From: Eledone cirrhosa
Lineage: Eukaryota
NCBI GenBank assembly: GCA_964016885.1
Contig: OZ024741.1
Coordinates: 51,770,001-51,834,000, forward strand
Reading direction: 5' to 3'
Length of the DNA stretch: 64,000 bases
Shown here: positions 13,853-25,728 of the stretch, piece after piece
Position numbering within the stretch: the first letter of the stretch is position 1
Layout: each line of letters starts with the position of its first letter
Notes under the pieces: model-generated
Told to the model about the DNA's origin: nothing
Database searches by the model: none
The model's input: only the letters and a program-made list of their open reading frames with translations
Translations under genes and position numbers: made by a program

Positions 13853-14334
13853 CTGCCTGGATTTGCGACCGACAGATAGTATTAGCAATTAGAAAGACTA
13901 ATGGAACATTGTTTCCTTGGTCCGATGTGACGAGCTCCACCCCACTCGTTAAGCGAATGAGGTCTAGGATCTTGTCAATCGACTGTCAATACTGCAGCAT
14001 CAGCTATAAAACTAAAGCAAGAGAAAATATATATTTCACATTCCCTCCTGGAACACATGTTGAAACAATAGTTGAAATGAAACAATGTGATGACTTTTAA
14101 TGGCAACAAAGTGCTCAGCAGTATTTATTCCTGCTCTATACGTTCACTTCTCGCAAGATTGATATAAATACTGTGTTGATGTAATTGACTTTCATCTCCC
14201 TCAAATTGCTGGCATTGTTTGTAACTTAGAAACCATTATTAATCTGTGACAAACTAAAAAAGAAACAAAAATACATAAAGAACAAAGTAAAATACAGGCA
14301 AATTTTAATGAAAACTTGTTGAGGTTTTAATAAC

Positions 14335-14513
14335 AAGAGAGAGAGAGGGGGAGGGAGATATAAAGGGAGAAATAGAAACAGAGAGGGAGAGAATGAGAGA
14401 AATAATTAAAGGGAGAAAAAGAAAGAGAGAGAGGGGAAATGAGAGAAAGAGGGGAGTGAGAGAGAGAGTGGATTGTGAGAGAGAGGAGAGTGAGTGAGAG
14501 AGAGAAGGGAGTT

Positions 14514-14548
<35 letters not shown>
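14335..14548. repeat. (GA)n / purine-rich simple repeat
   Basis: Seen directly. Confidence 0.9.
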
Positions 14549-14550
<2 letters not shown>

Positions 14551-15122
14551 CTCATAGTTTATTGTAATTGACAAACTGCTTAGCTGTGAAATTGACTTAG
14601 AGAAAGATGTCAAAAACTGAACATTACTTATGACACAATAATAAAACTTGTGTATGTTTGTTTGCAATTAAACCAGGGAGAAGATATATATTAATGGTGT
14701 ATTTGGTTATTGCAGTACTAATTATGCAGCAACACCTGGTGCACTTCACACAATTTGAAATTAACTTCATTTAAATTTTTAATTTTGAACTGTTAAGTCA
14801 GTGAAGAAAGGGTAGTGCCCATCCATGACCTTTTCAGGGGCTCCAAGATTGGTGTGAGAAAGAAGGAGAGAATGTAGAGGGAAGAAGTAATCTTTAAACT
14901 AGAGACTAGGTTAGAATGATTGTAAGAGAGACAACTATAGTAAGGGCCAGGTGTTGTTAAACCAGATGTATTAACTTTACATCGCAAGTTGGTGGTACCT
15001 CAACTTAGATTCTGGAAAGAGTTGGAACAAACACTACACTGACAATTCCACCTGTCCATTGCCTTCCACTGATACTTTATTTTATCAATTATGAAAGGAG
15101 GAACGGCAAAGTTGATTTCATT

Positions 15123-15331
15123 GTTATTTGAGTATAAGACTCTTGTATACCCAGTATAACATTATCCAACATTTTCTTTACATTATTATTTGAGTACATG
15201 ACCCTTGTATATCTAGTACTAGCTGAGGTACCCGGCTTTGCTCAGGAGAACAGTTAAGAGAAGACAGATAAACGAGAAAACGACTGTATTGGATGTGTTG
15301 TCTGGTTTACAGTATGAGGTGAGACCGTAAT

Positions 15332-15427
<96 letters not shown>

Positions 15428-16735
15428 AATAATAAAACTTCCTTATTAGGCTGGGGGAGTAAACTGCCGATTAAATGGTAGCATTGGCTTTGGATTTTAA
15501 ATGTTGTGAAATAACCATAGTCAGTATGATCTTTTTCAGCTCCAAAGGACATCATCTGAAACGCAGCAATATACCACATAACATTGCTTCTGAAGTGTTT
15601 AGCTTCGTTACTACGGTCTGTAAGCAGTATATAGATAAAAGTTGGAGGGTCCTCTATCAGAGGAATCTGACCTTTCCTCCATGCCAAGTGTAATATTCGA
15701 TGGATCATATGAAAACGCAGCTCTTTGCCAGTTTATTCTGCCTTGAAGAGTCCTTTGTGCTTGTCGAGTTTGCATCGCAACTGTCATTGTCTCTTGGTGA
15801 TTTTCATATTGAACTTCTGTTTGTTGCGATAGTCTTTCTTCTTGCCTTAATCTTTTTGTTTCTCGTCTCAGGTTCTGTACACTTTCAGAAAGTTGCAATC
15901 GTCTTTCTTGTTGTCTTAATCTTTCTGTTTCTCGTCTCATATTCTTTTTTTATATTGTTCGGGAGTTTCTCTTTTGCTTGAAGATTTCAATTGTTTGGTA
16001 GACATTGTAACTCCCCTGATAGATGAGCGGTGTTTTGGTGACATGATGAAATTAATTTTCTTCGAAAATATCATGAAAATACAAAGCAATATATAAAAAA
16101 ATAGAAATAAATGCAAATAACAGCCTTAGAGAATTAGGTCAATAATAACATGACACTATCTTCAAAAAGCTAAATTAATATACACTGTAGATTAATTTCA
16201 AATAGTATCAATTTTTTCTGTGTTCTGTAAAATCAAGACTTGTGTAAAATGACTTTATAAAAGCTAACGCAATATTGTTAAACATTCAACTGATACTTTG
16301 ATCTATAGTAGAAGCCGATTCTAGACTTTTGAGGGACATCACTCTCTCACTCTGAATATTTAACACTTTAATTGTATCTCTCTCTGTATAACAACCTATC
16401 TCTCTCTCTCTCTGGCTCTCCCTCTTTAGATGTATGTGTGTGTGTGTGTAGTTTTCGTGTGATTAAACCAACCAACCAGCCAACCAACCAATAAAATCTC
16501 TCTTTTATATTATATATAGATTACATTGTCCAACGTTTTCTATACATTATTATTTGAGTACAAGACCATCGTATATATAGTAATACATTATCCAACATTT
16601 TCTTTACATTATTATTTGAGTACAAGATCCTCGTATATCTAGTATTACATTATCCAACATTTTCTTTACATTGTTACTTGAATACAAGACCCTTGTATAT
16701 CTAGTATTGTATTATCCAACATTTTCTTTACATTT
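15123..16735. repeat. 62-bp tandem repeat (about 5 units) split by a Helitron
   Basis: Unit TTATTTGAGTACAAGACCCTTGTATATCTAGTATTACATTATCCAACATTTTCTTTACATTA at 15123-15218 and 16521-16735. Confidence 0.88.
15219..16520 (-). mobile_element. Non-autonomous Helitron with a Rep N-terminal relic
   Basis: The minus strand starts TCTATATATAAT and ends with a CCTGAGCAAAGCCGGG hairpin then CTAG, inserted between A and T with no TSD. ORF relics (AAFSYDP; HFRSNVMWYIAAFQMMSFGA...FKIQSQCYHLIGSLLP) match the Helitron Rep N-terminal region. Confidence 0.9.
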
Positions 16736-17146
16736 TTAGGATGGTAGGATGTAATTTGAGAAAGATTTAGCAGTAAATCAAGAACCCAATTCATAGTACA
16801 AGAACCCAAACAATAAACTCCCACTCCATTGGGACTTCAAAGGAGTCTTGTGCTTCACAAAAGTTCCTCTGAGGGGACCTGTATACAGGAAATGAAGCCA
16901 ATTAGGGAGCCTAAGTGGTTTCTTGAGTTACTACTAAATCTCTCTGAAATTACATCCTACCATCCTAAAGATGTAAAGAATACATTGACTAATGCAATAC
17001 TAGGTATACGAAGGTTGGCTGAAAAATTCATAGGCTGATCAAGATACTCTCATGGAATGACCAAATGAGGTTTATTTTTCAACATAGTCCCTAGAAAGAA
17101 ACACTACAGTTATTAATAAGAAGAGTTGAAATTAATGCATGCAATA

Positions 17147-17272
<126 letters not shown>

Positions 17273-17367
17273 GTGAATGAACTAATGTGAATGAACTAAG
17301 TGTGTGTGTATTTTTATTTATGTTGTGATGTAACTTTATGTATTTGTGCGTGTGTATATATATATAG

Positions 17368-17841
17368 ATAGATAAATCTACCAAAATATACGGTAGTGTC
17401 CAATCCGTATGAAGAACTCAATGTAATCCAAATATCATGAAAAGAGAAGATGTATTCAACATTTTTTCGATGAAAAACACAGGAAAACAGAGTCAAGATA
17501 AATTAATAAAAATAATGAATAAAAACAAAGGAACAGTTCCTTATATTAAACAATTCATCATTTTACGATCGTTTCTAGGATATATATGTGTGTGTTGGTA
17601 TGTATATCATATAGATCTATGTAAAAAAATTTCTGTATGTATATCATATAGATCTATGTAAAATTATTTCTGAAGACAGTATATATATGTGTAGGTATGT
17701 ATATTCCCTCTGATAGTTTGTAAACATTTTACATATGATATATATACCAACAAACACATATATATCCTAGAAACGATCGTAAAATGATGAATTTTTTAAT
17801 ATAAGGAACTGTTTCTTTGTTTTTATTCATTATTTTTATTA

Positions 17842-17846
<5 letters not shown>
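17368..17846. mobile_element. Non-coding fold-back element, family C (PLE-derived; homologous to 22718-23461)
   Basis: Inverted arms at about 17497-17612 and 17730-17846. The left part matches 22718-22850. Flanked by (TA)n. Confidence 0.75.
17663..17788 (+). ncRNA. Type I hammerhead ribozyme motif with long stem II (family C)
   Basis: ATTATTT-CTGAAGA-[about 93 nt self-complementary]-GAAA-CGATCG-TA-AAATGAT; GUA triplet; palindromic stem III. Confidence 0.75.
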
Positions 17847-17913
<67 letters not shown>

Positions 17914-18492
17914 ATGTATATGTATGTGTGTGTGTATATATATATATATATACATAATTATATACAAAATTATTAAATGTTTATTATCATTGAATATTTG
18001 CTCCAGGAACTTGTTGAGTGCTCTAAATCAGCTATAAACATTTATATCTTTATTTATTATTTGTCGTATTTCCAACTATCTGAATACCCCTTCCACTTTT
18101 TATTTTTATATATATATATATTTGTGTATTTATATATATATATTATATATATATATATATATGTATGAGTGTGTATGTATGTGTGTGTGTATATATATAT
18201 ATATATGTATGTGCGTGCGTATGTATGTGTACGTACTTTTGCGTATGTGTATATATGTATATCTTTATATATATGTTTTTTTATATATAAATAATTATTT
18301 TTATATATATGTGTGTATGTGGTTGTATGTATCTTTTCTCATGTATATGTGTATGTGAATGTATTTATATGTTTTTCGATATATGTATATTCACCTACAT
18401 TTATATATATGTAGCTATACGTGTGATTGTGAGTATATCCGTGCGTATCAATGTGTATGCATGTGAGTATGTATATATGTCTGTGTATATTT

Positions 18493-18563
<71 letters not shown>

Positions 18564-18566
<3 letters not shown>

Positions 18567-18752
18567 GGAACGAGTAGGACCCCGACGGCTGAGCTCAAGC
18601 CGTTTCGACGGCTAATCCAGAATTAGCCGTCGAAACGGCTTGAGCTCAGCCGTCGGGGTCCTACTCATTCCTATTACCCACTCTACTACCCCAAGTATTG
18701 AGTACTTTGGTGCGTTATGGTCCATCTGGTTCCTTACCACATTTCCTTCGTT
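18564..18752 (+). mobile_element. Fold-back element carrying the 3' half of a hammerhead (family I; homologous to 62490-62658)
   Basis: Near-perfect palindrome 18564-18674 centred on 18619, containing GAAAC-GGCT...AGCC-GTC-GGGGTCC. The tail matches 62570-62658. Confidence 0.75.
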
Positions 18753-18979
18753 ATATGTATATATATATATGTGTATATATATATGTGTATATATATATAT
18801 ATATATGTATGCATACATGTATGTAATTATGTGTGTGTGTATATGTATTTGTATGTATACACTTATCTGTGTATATGTTTGTACTGTGTGCATTTTTCTA
18901 TGTATGTGTATGTGTATGTATGTATGTGTGTATATGTATGTGTATGTGTATGCATGTATATGTATGTGTATGTGTATGC

Positions 18980-19031
<52 letters not shown>

Positions 19032-19845
19032 ACAAGAGGAAAGAGACGATTATGAGGAAGAAAAATAATTTTTTTTCCTTTTTTGTTTCTCTCTTTTTTC
19101 TGGGTTAGAAAATGATTAAAACGAAATGTTTTACTTTGTGTGAAGTGTTAAGGTATTAGTTGATTTATTTATTATTTAACAATGGCATTTATTTATCTAT
19201 TTATATATTTAATTATTGTCTATTACCGGTTTCTGCATTTATATGCATTATCAAATGATAGTGAAATGTATTAGTGTGGTGTCGCACATGTTAAACAGAA
19301 GGTTCAGAAAGAATAATGTTATATACAAACAAGGTTTAAGAAGTGAAAAGAAAAAAGAAAAAGGAAAAAAAAAAACGTGCATAATGTGGAACGTAAAAAG
19401 TCAATGTGGAAGAAAAGTTAATGTTATTTACAAGCAGTCATTGAAGCTAAGCAGTTCAAAATGTGTTAATATCGCAAGATGGCTTAGTTGAACCATGGTT
19501 CCGTGAAGGAGGCAAATGGTGGACATGCATACACATACACATACATATACATGCATACACATACATATACACACATACACATACATATACATGCATACAC
19601 ATACATATACACACATACATACATACACATACACACATACACATACATATACACACATACATACATACACATACACACATACACATACACATACACATAC
19701 ATAGAAAAATACACACATAATTATATACAGTACAAACATATACACAGATAAGTGTATACATACAAATACATAAACACACACACATAATTACATATATGTA
19801 TGCATACATACATATATATATATACATATATACACATATATATAT

Positions 19846-19972
<127 letters not shown>

Positions 19973-20184
19973 CATACATAAATATATATATAAATATATA
20001 TTTATTTATTTTATTTTGTGCATTTGCTTACTCCGTGTGTTTGTTTATTTATTTTTATTTGTGTCTTTCTCCTCTTCCGTATCGCTGTCAACTTAATAAT
20101 TTTTTATTTTCTTATTTATTATTATTTATTTTTTATATTTGACTTCATTTTGATTTCATGTCTTTTTATTTATTCTTATAATTA

Positions 20185-20226
<42 letters not shown>

Positions 20227-20262
20227 CGTAGGTATGTGTGTATATATGTGTGTATGTATGTA

Positions 20263-22205
20263 TCATCATCATCATCGTTTAACGTCCATTTTCCACGCTA
20301 GCATGGGTCTGGACGGGAATTGTCCCACTTGAGGTTAGATTGATTGTCTTGCTCAGGACTGTCTGGCGGGTTTTCTACGGCTGGATGCCCTCCCTAACAC
20401 CAACCACATTTACAGTGTGGACTGGGAGGTTTTTACCGTGTTACCTATACGGCCACATTACAGCGTGGACTGTGTGTTTTTTGTCGTGACACCTAGACGA
20501 CCTCATTTATTTAGGACTGGATGTTGTGGTACCAACATAGCTTTACAACAAAAGGATGGTGTAGATGGCGGTGGAGGTAGGGTTAGTGGGACGGGGGTGT
20601 ATTTTGGTTAAGAGGTGCCTACTGACTGTAAGTTTCGCTTTGTACTTAGGCAAGGCGGGTCTTCTGTATTACTACGTAGCGCCAAAGATCTCGGTCCAGT
20701 GACATTATCTTGGAGAGGTGTAAGTGTGTGAGGTCGGATTTTATCAAGTCGCCCCAGTTTTTTCTGGGTCTGCCTACTCCGTAGCTACCGTCTATTTTGA
20801 TTGCCCTGCTCTTTTTTATACAGCTGTCATCTTTCATGCGCATCACGTGACCATACCAACGCAGTCTTCTCTCGAGTAAACAGCATCTGATCCCTCTTAT
20901 TCCTAATTTTTCACTTAGTTCATTTATGCTTTGCCGTTCGCGTATATTACTATTACACATCCAACGGAGCATGCAAGCCTCGTTAGATCATCTGCGTATA
21001 GAAGTTCCCATGGGCAGCCGGTCTTGAACTCCCTCGTTATAGCTTGGAGGGCGATAATAAATAGGAGGGGGCTAAGGACGGAGCCCTGATGAACACCAAC
21101 TTTTACGCTAAACTCTTCACTATATTTGTTGTTAATTCTAACCTTGCTGACTGTTTCTTTATACATGGCTTGTATAGCTCTCACAAGCCATTCATCTACA
21201 CCTAGTTTTCTAAGAGCCCACCAAATAACGGAGCGGGGGACTCTGTCAAAGGCTTTCTCCAGGTCTACAAAAGCTAAGTAGAGGGGTTTACTTTTAGCTA
21301 GGTACTTCTCCTGTAGTTGTTGTACAACGAAAAGAGTGTCTGTGGTACTTTTACCTGACACAAACCCGAACAGCATTTCATCTACATCAATTCTCTCTCT
21401 GATTAGTTGCGCTATTACTTTTTCTGTGACCTTCATGACCTGGTCAATTATTTTAATGCCTCTATAGTTTCCCCTATCTAGGGCGTCTCCTTTACCCTTG
21501 TAGCAGTTAATGATGCTGCTGCTACACCAGTCATTTGGTATGACCCCGTTCTGTATAACTTGGTTTACTATCCGGGAGACCATAGTGTGTCCCACCGTTC
21601 CAGATGCTTTCGGCATTTCAGCAACTATTTCCGAAAGCGCAGCCACCTTGCCCGTCTTCATATCTTTGATTGCCTTACTTATTATACTACCTTCAACTTG
21701 CACTGTTGGTCCCTCTATTGGATCGATGTGGGGGAGGCTGTCTTTCTCCCATTTATTCTCCTCATTTAGTAGCCTTTCGTAGTGACACTGCCAAGCTACC
21801 TTCTTATCAGCGTCAGTGATGGCAAGTACACCACCATCATTACGGACACACTTCTCCCCGACAATATCACGGTTCTCCTTGACACATTGTCTAGCAATCC
21901 TGAACACCTCACGTTTTTGGTCCTCACGTTGTAGAACATGCTTGAACTTTCTTCCTCTGCTTCCCTTCTTGCGAAGTACACTTGGCTCCTAGCTTCCCTC
22001 CTAGCCACTTGATAGTTTTCTCTACTTCCCCCATCCCGCCATACTTTCCAAGCCTGCTTTTTGGCCTTAATTGACTCCTCCACCTTACTGTTCCACCACC
22101 AAGTTACTCTCCTCCTGCCAATAGGTCTGCTCCAGCCACAGATTTCATCTGTCGCCTTCACCAGGTTAGCTTTCAGGAATTCAATTCCCACTGTTCCTCT
22201 ATATT
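20263..22205 (-). mobile_element. RTE-clade LINE, 5'-truncated with an internal deletion
   Basis: RT motifs AFVDLEKAFDRVPR, GVHQGSVLSPLLF and YADDL. The sequence jumps from YADDL to the C-terminus at about 20984. (CAT)n 3' tail. Confidence 0.93.
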
Positions 22206-22243
22206 TGCTTTCAATATGTGTTTGTGTATTTATGTGTTTGTGC

Positions 22244-22307
<64 letters not shown>

Positions 22308-22446
22308 ATATGTGTGTGTGCGTGTGGTTTTATACTTATATATTTATTATTCTTTTTCTCCTTATCTTCTTCTTCCTCCAGCCTCACTTTCATATTTATT
22401 ATATTTTTGTTTTTCAAATCCACATTTAATAAAAACACCAGGAATT

Positions 22447-22506
22447 TTTCATTCTGATGACTGAAAGCAAATTTGTTTGCTTTGAAGAAACCACTGGTAA
22501 ATGAAA
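22447..22506 (+). ncRNA. Type I hammerhead ribozyme motif (family G)
   Basis: TTTCATT-CTGATGA-[AAAGCAAA/TTTGCTTT stem II]-GAAA-CCACTGG-TA-AATGAAA; 7-bp stem I; GUA triplet. Confidence 0.78.
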
Positions 22507-22521
22507 TAATTATCTTATGTT

Positions 22522-22718
<197 letters not shown>

Positions 22719-22903
22719 GATAAATCTACCAAGAGTTTACGGTAGTGTCCAATCCGTATGAAGAACTCAATGTATTCCGGATATCATGGAAAGAAGAGAT
22801 GTAATGAAAAACCACTTTCGGTGAAAGATAAACGGTATACAGAGTCAAGATAAAATATTAAACAAATAATGAATAAACAATTCCTTATATTAAACAAAAA
22901 AAG

Positions 22904-23058
22904 TTCATTATTTAACGATCGTTTCTAGGATATATATGTGTTAGAATTGGTATGCATATTCAACAGATCTATGTACAAAATTATACAAAATTATACAAAT
23001 TATCAAGATTAAATATACATACCAAACACATATATACGCCGTCTTCAGAAATAATGAA
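22904..23058 (-). ncRNA. Type I hammerhead motif with long stem II (family C, left arm)
   Basis: Reverse complement of 23253-23407. Confidence 0.78.
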
Positions 23059-23252
23059 GTATATTTATTGATAATAACAACAATTCAAAATTTCAGTTCA
23101 AAATTGACCAATGAAAACACAAAGGGTTAAATGCAGTTCGGTGTGTGTATATACATGTATATACACACACCGAACTGCATTTAACCCTTTGTGTTTTCAT
23201 TGGTCAATTTTGAACTGAAATTTTGAATTGTTGTTATTATCAATAAATATAC

Positions 23253-23407
23253 TTCATTATTTCTGAAGACGGCGTATATATGTGTTTGGTATGTATATTT
23301 AATCTTGATAATTTGTATAATTTTGTATAATTTTGTACATAGATCTGTTGAATATGCATACCAATTCTAACACATATATATCCTAGAAACGATCGTTAAA
23401 TAATGAA
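23253..23407 (+). ncRNA. Type I hammerhead motif with long stem II (family C, right arm)
   Basis: TTCATTATTT-CTGAAGA-[116 nt]-GAAA-CGATCG-TT-AAATAATGAA; perfect 10-bp stem I; GUU triplet. Confidence 0.8.
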
Positions 23408-23458
23408 CTTTTTTTGTTTAATATAAGGAATTGTTTATTCATTATTTGTTTAATATTT

Positions 23459-23556
<98 letters not shown>

Positions 23557-23568
23557 TAAAATCATAAT

Positions 23569-23634
23569 TATTTTATTATATATATTTCAAGGGCAACCAA
23601 GACAAATTTTGGTGTGCTTTCATCAGATAAAATA
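23569..23634 (-). ncRNA. Type I hammerhead motif (family H)
   Basis: Minus strand TATTTTAT-CTGATGA-AAGCACACCAA...TTGGTTGCCCTT-GAAA-TATATA-TA-ATAAAATA; 8-bp stem I; AUA triplet. Confidence 0.78.
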
Positions 23635-24094
23635 CAAAATTTGTTTTATAAATGTTGACATACCCGGGGAAAAACAACCTTGACGGTTGGAGGTTAGTGG
23701 AAACATTTTTTTTTATTTAGGGTAATTCAAAGTTATGTATGAGTATGCAAACGAATGTCAGAAAGAGTTGAAAAAATTGAAAACTTTTAAGCTTGCTGAA
23801 TCCCAACAAATTAAATATAACTTTTGCATATATATATATATATGTACTTAGGCAAGGCGGGTCTTCTGTATTTAAGCTAACTCCAACAATAACAACACTT
23901 AGAATGAGGAATGTTCTAACAACTGACCAATGAGAGGAGAAGAGGCCCCTTGACACTGAAATTCGTTTGTTTGAATTCATGATTCCAGTTCCTCAGTGAA
24001 ATAACAACGTAACCAGGAACTGGGCATAACAGAGTATTGACAATATTATACGCCTCAACAACATATGTACTTGTCTATACCACACTAATTCGGA

Positions 24095-24147
24095 CTGCCT
24101 GAAGAGGTCACAGCCAAAGATGGCTGTCACTGAAATATATATAGCAG
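24095..24147 (+). ncRNA. Type I hammerhead motif (family D)
   Basis: CTGC-CTGAAGA-GGTCACAGCCA-aaga-TGGCTGTCACT-GAAA-TATATA-TA-GCAG. Confidence 0.8.
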
Positions 24148-24193
24148 CAATAAACGAAGCTAAATTTTAAACATTTGACTTTTTATTTAACTT

Positions 24194-24228
<35 letters not shown>

Positions 24229-24232
<4 letters not shown>

Positions 24233-24516
24233 GGAGGTGAGTTTTATTGTAGTACAATAAAGCAATGCAGATATCGGATAAGAAGCACTCTACAGTTTGT
24301 AGGACTGGAGTATACATAATATAAGATCAAAAGATGGTTAAAGGAGTTCCATGTATTTTATTATGCGCATTTCAAAAACAAACATCATCATGCAATAATA
24401 TTTGTGTTTTCATCAGATAAAACATCTGATGAAAACACAAATATTATTGCATGATGATGTTTGTTTTTGAAATGCGCATAATAAAATACATGGAACTCCT
24501 TTAACCATCTTTTGAT

Positions 24517-24522
<6 letters not shown>
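24229..24522. mobile_element. Fold-back element family B (homologous to 29293-29718)
   Basis: Palindrome 24319-24522 around a 5-nt spacer at 24419-23, plus a left tail; inside (TA)n. Confidence 0.85.
24356..24422 (-). ncRNA. Type I hammerhead motif (family B)
   Basis: Minus strand TTTTAT-CTGATGA-stem II-GAAA-TGCGCA-TA-ATAAAA. The mirror copy at 24424-24486 (+) lacks most of the 5' strand of stem I. Confidence 0.8.
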
Positions 24523-24565
<43 letters not shown>

Positions 24566-24787
24566 CGTTTCTGAATTTGTTTAGCAAGATTCTTTATCTG
24601 AAATCGTGTGTTGAAACCGATATTGTTATACTTTGGGAGGGTCATGTTGCCAATAAGAAACACACGCACCAGTTGCTTTCACTTCAATTTATTATATATT
24701 TATAAATTTATAAATTTACAAATCTACAAACTTATAAATTTCTGGTTGGTTGGTTGGTTCCACAACCAGATAGTTGTTTATATATAT

Positions 24788-24832
24788 AGTCATAGTCCTT
24801 TCGTCACACACTCTGTGACCTCTTCAGTGACT
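24788..24832 (-). ncRNA. Minimal hammerhead motif of PLE-1 (inverted copy)
   Basis: Reverse complement of 27776-27820. Confidence 0.8.
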
Positions 24833-25056
24833 GGGGATTCCTTTCTTTGTTTCTGTGCCTTTCCTTTCTTCTATCCTACGCCATTTTGTTTCTGTGTGTG
24901 TGTTGTGTGCTCAGTTTGCGCATGCGCCACATCCGGGTGTCTGTGTGTGTTTGTGTTCATTTATCTATTTGTTTATTTATTTATTTATTTATTGTTGGTT
25001 GGTTGTTTGTTCTATGTGTGTTTTCATTTTGTCCTGTGTGTGTTTTCATTTTGTCC

Positions 25057-25728
25057 TTAATTGTAAGTTGTGATGTTGCTGTTCCACTCATATTTTCTAT
25101 TTAATTTTGGTTGTAATTCTTTTATGCTTACTGCCTCTGTAATTTGCCTAAACATTGCATCTTTTCTGTGTGTGGATTCTATTTTTATTTCTATGTTCTC
25201 TAATCTACCCCTGTGTTCTATCTTAGCATGTTGATAGAGCACAGATGATTCTTTATTATCTTGAAGGTCTCGCCAGTGTTCATTTATTCGTTCCCCTATA
25301 CTACGAGCTGTCTCACCTATGTACACTATATTTTTGTTTCTACATTGTCCTTCAGTACATCTTATGCTATACACTACATTTCTAGTTTTACAGTTAATAT
25401 GGGGGCTTATTTTACAGGTTATACATTTCTTATCTATACATGAGGGTCTTTGGAACGGGTATGTCTTGCTAATAAGTGTTTTTACGGAGGTACCTGGTCT
25501 TTCTACTATCTTAATATTGAGTTTATGTTTATTTAGGGCCCTTCTAAATTTGTAGGCTAGTTCGCCTCTAGGGGTTGTATTGATGAACATTACACTCTGG
25601 TATTTATTGCTATCATACAATGAGTTTATTCTATTGGCCTTGTTCCCAGTTCTTTCTATTCTATTCCAAAATTTGCTCCTATACAAGGGGCAGGTCCCAT
25701 TTATGTCATTATTTACCATTTTTCCCAT
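25057..25728 (-). pseudogene. Inverted duplicate of the PLE-1 C-terminus (GIY-YIG)
   Basis: Near-identical to the end of 25620..27545 (VVYSIRC...YIGETAR). Confidence 0.88.

Noticed and set aside
17008-17095. Mariner-like TIR start TACGAAGGTTGGCTGAAAA (similar sequence at 28034)
   Set aside because: No partner TIR was found, so it is at most a fragment.
17975-18045. Possible minus-strand hammerhead closed by AAATGTTTAT/ATAAACATTT
   Set aside because: Both core boxes deviate (CTGATTT, CAAA), so it is too degenerate to call.
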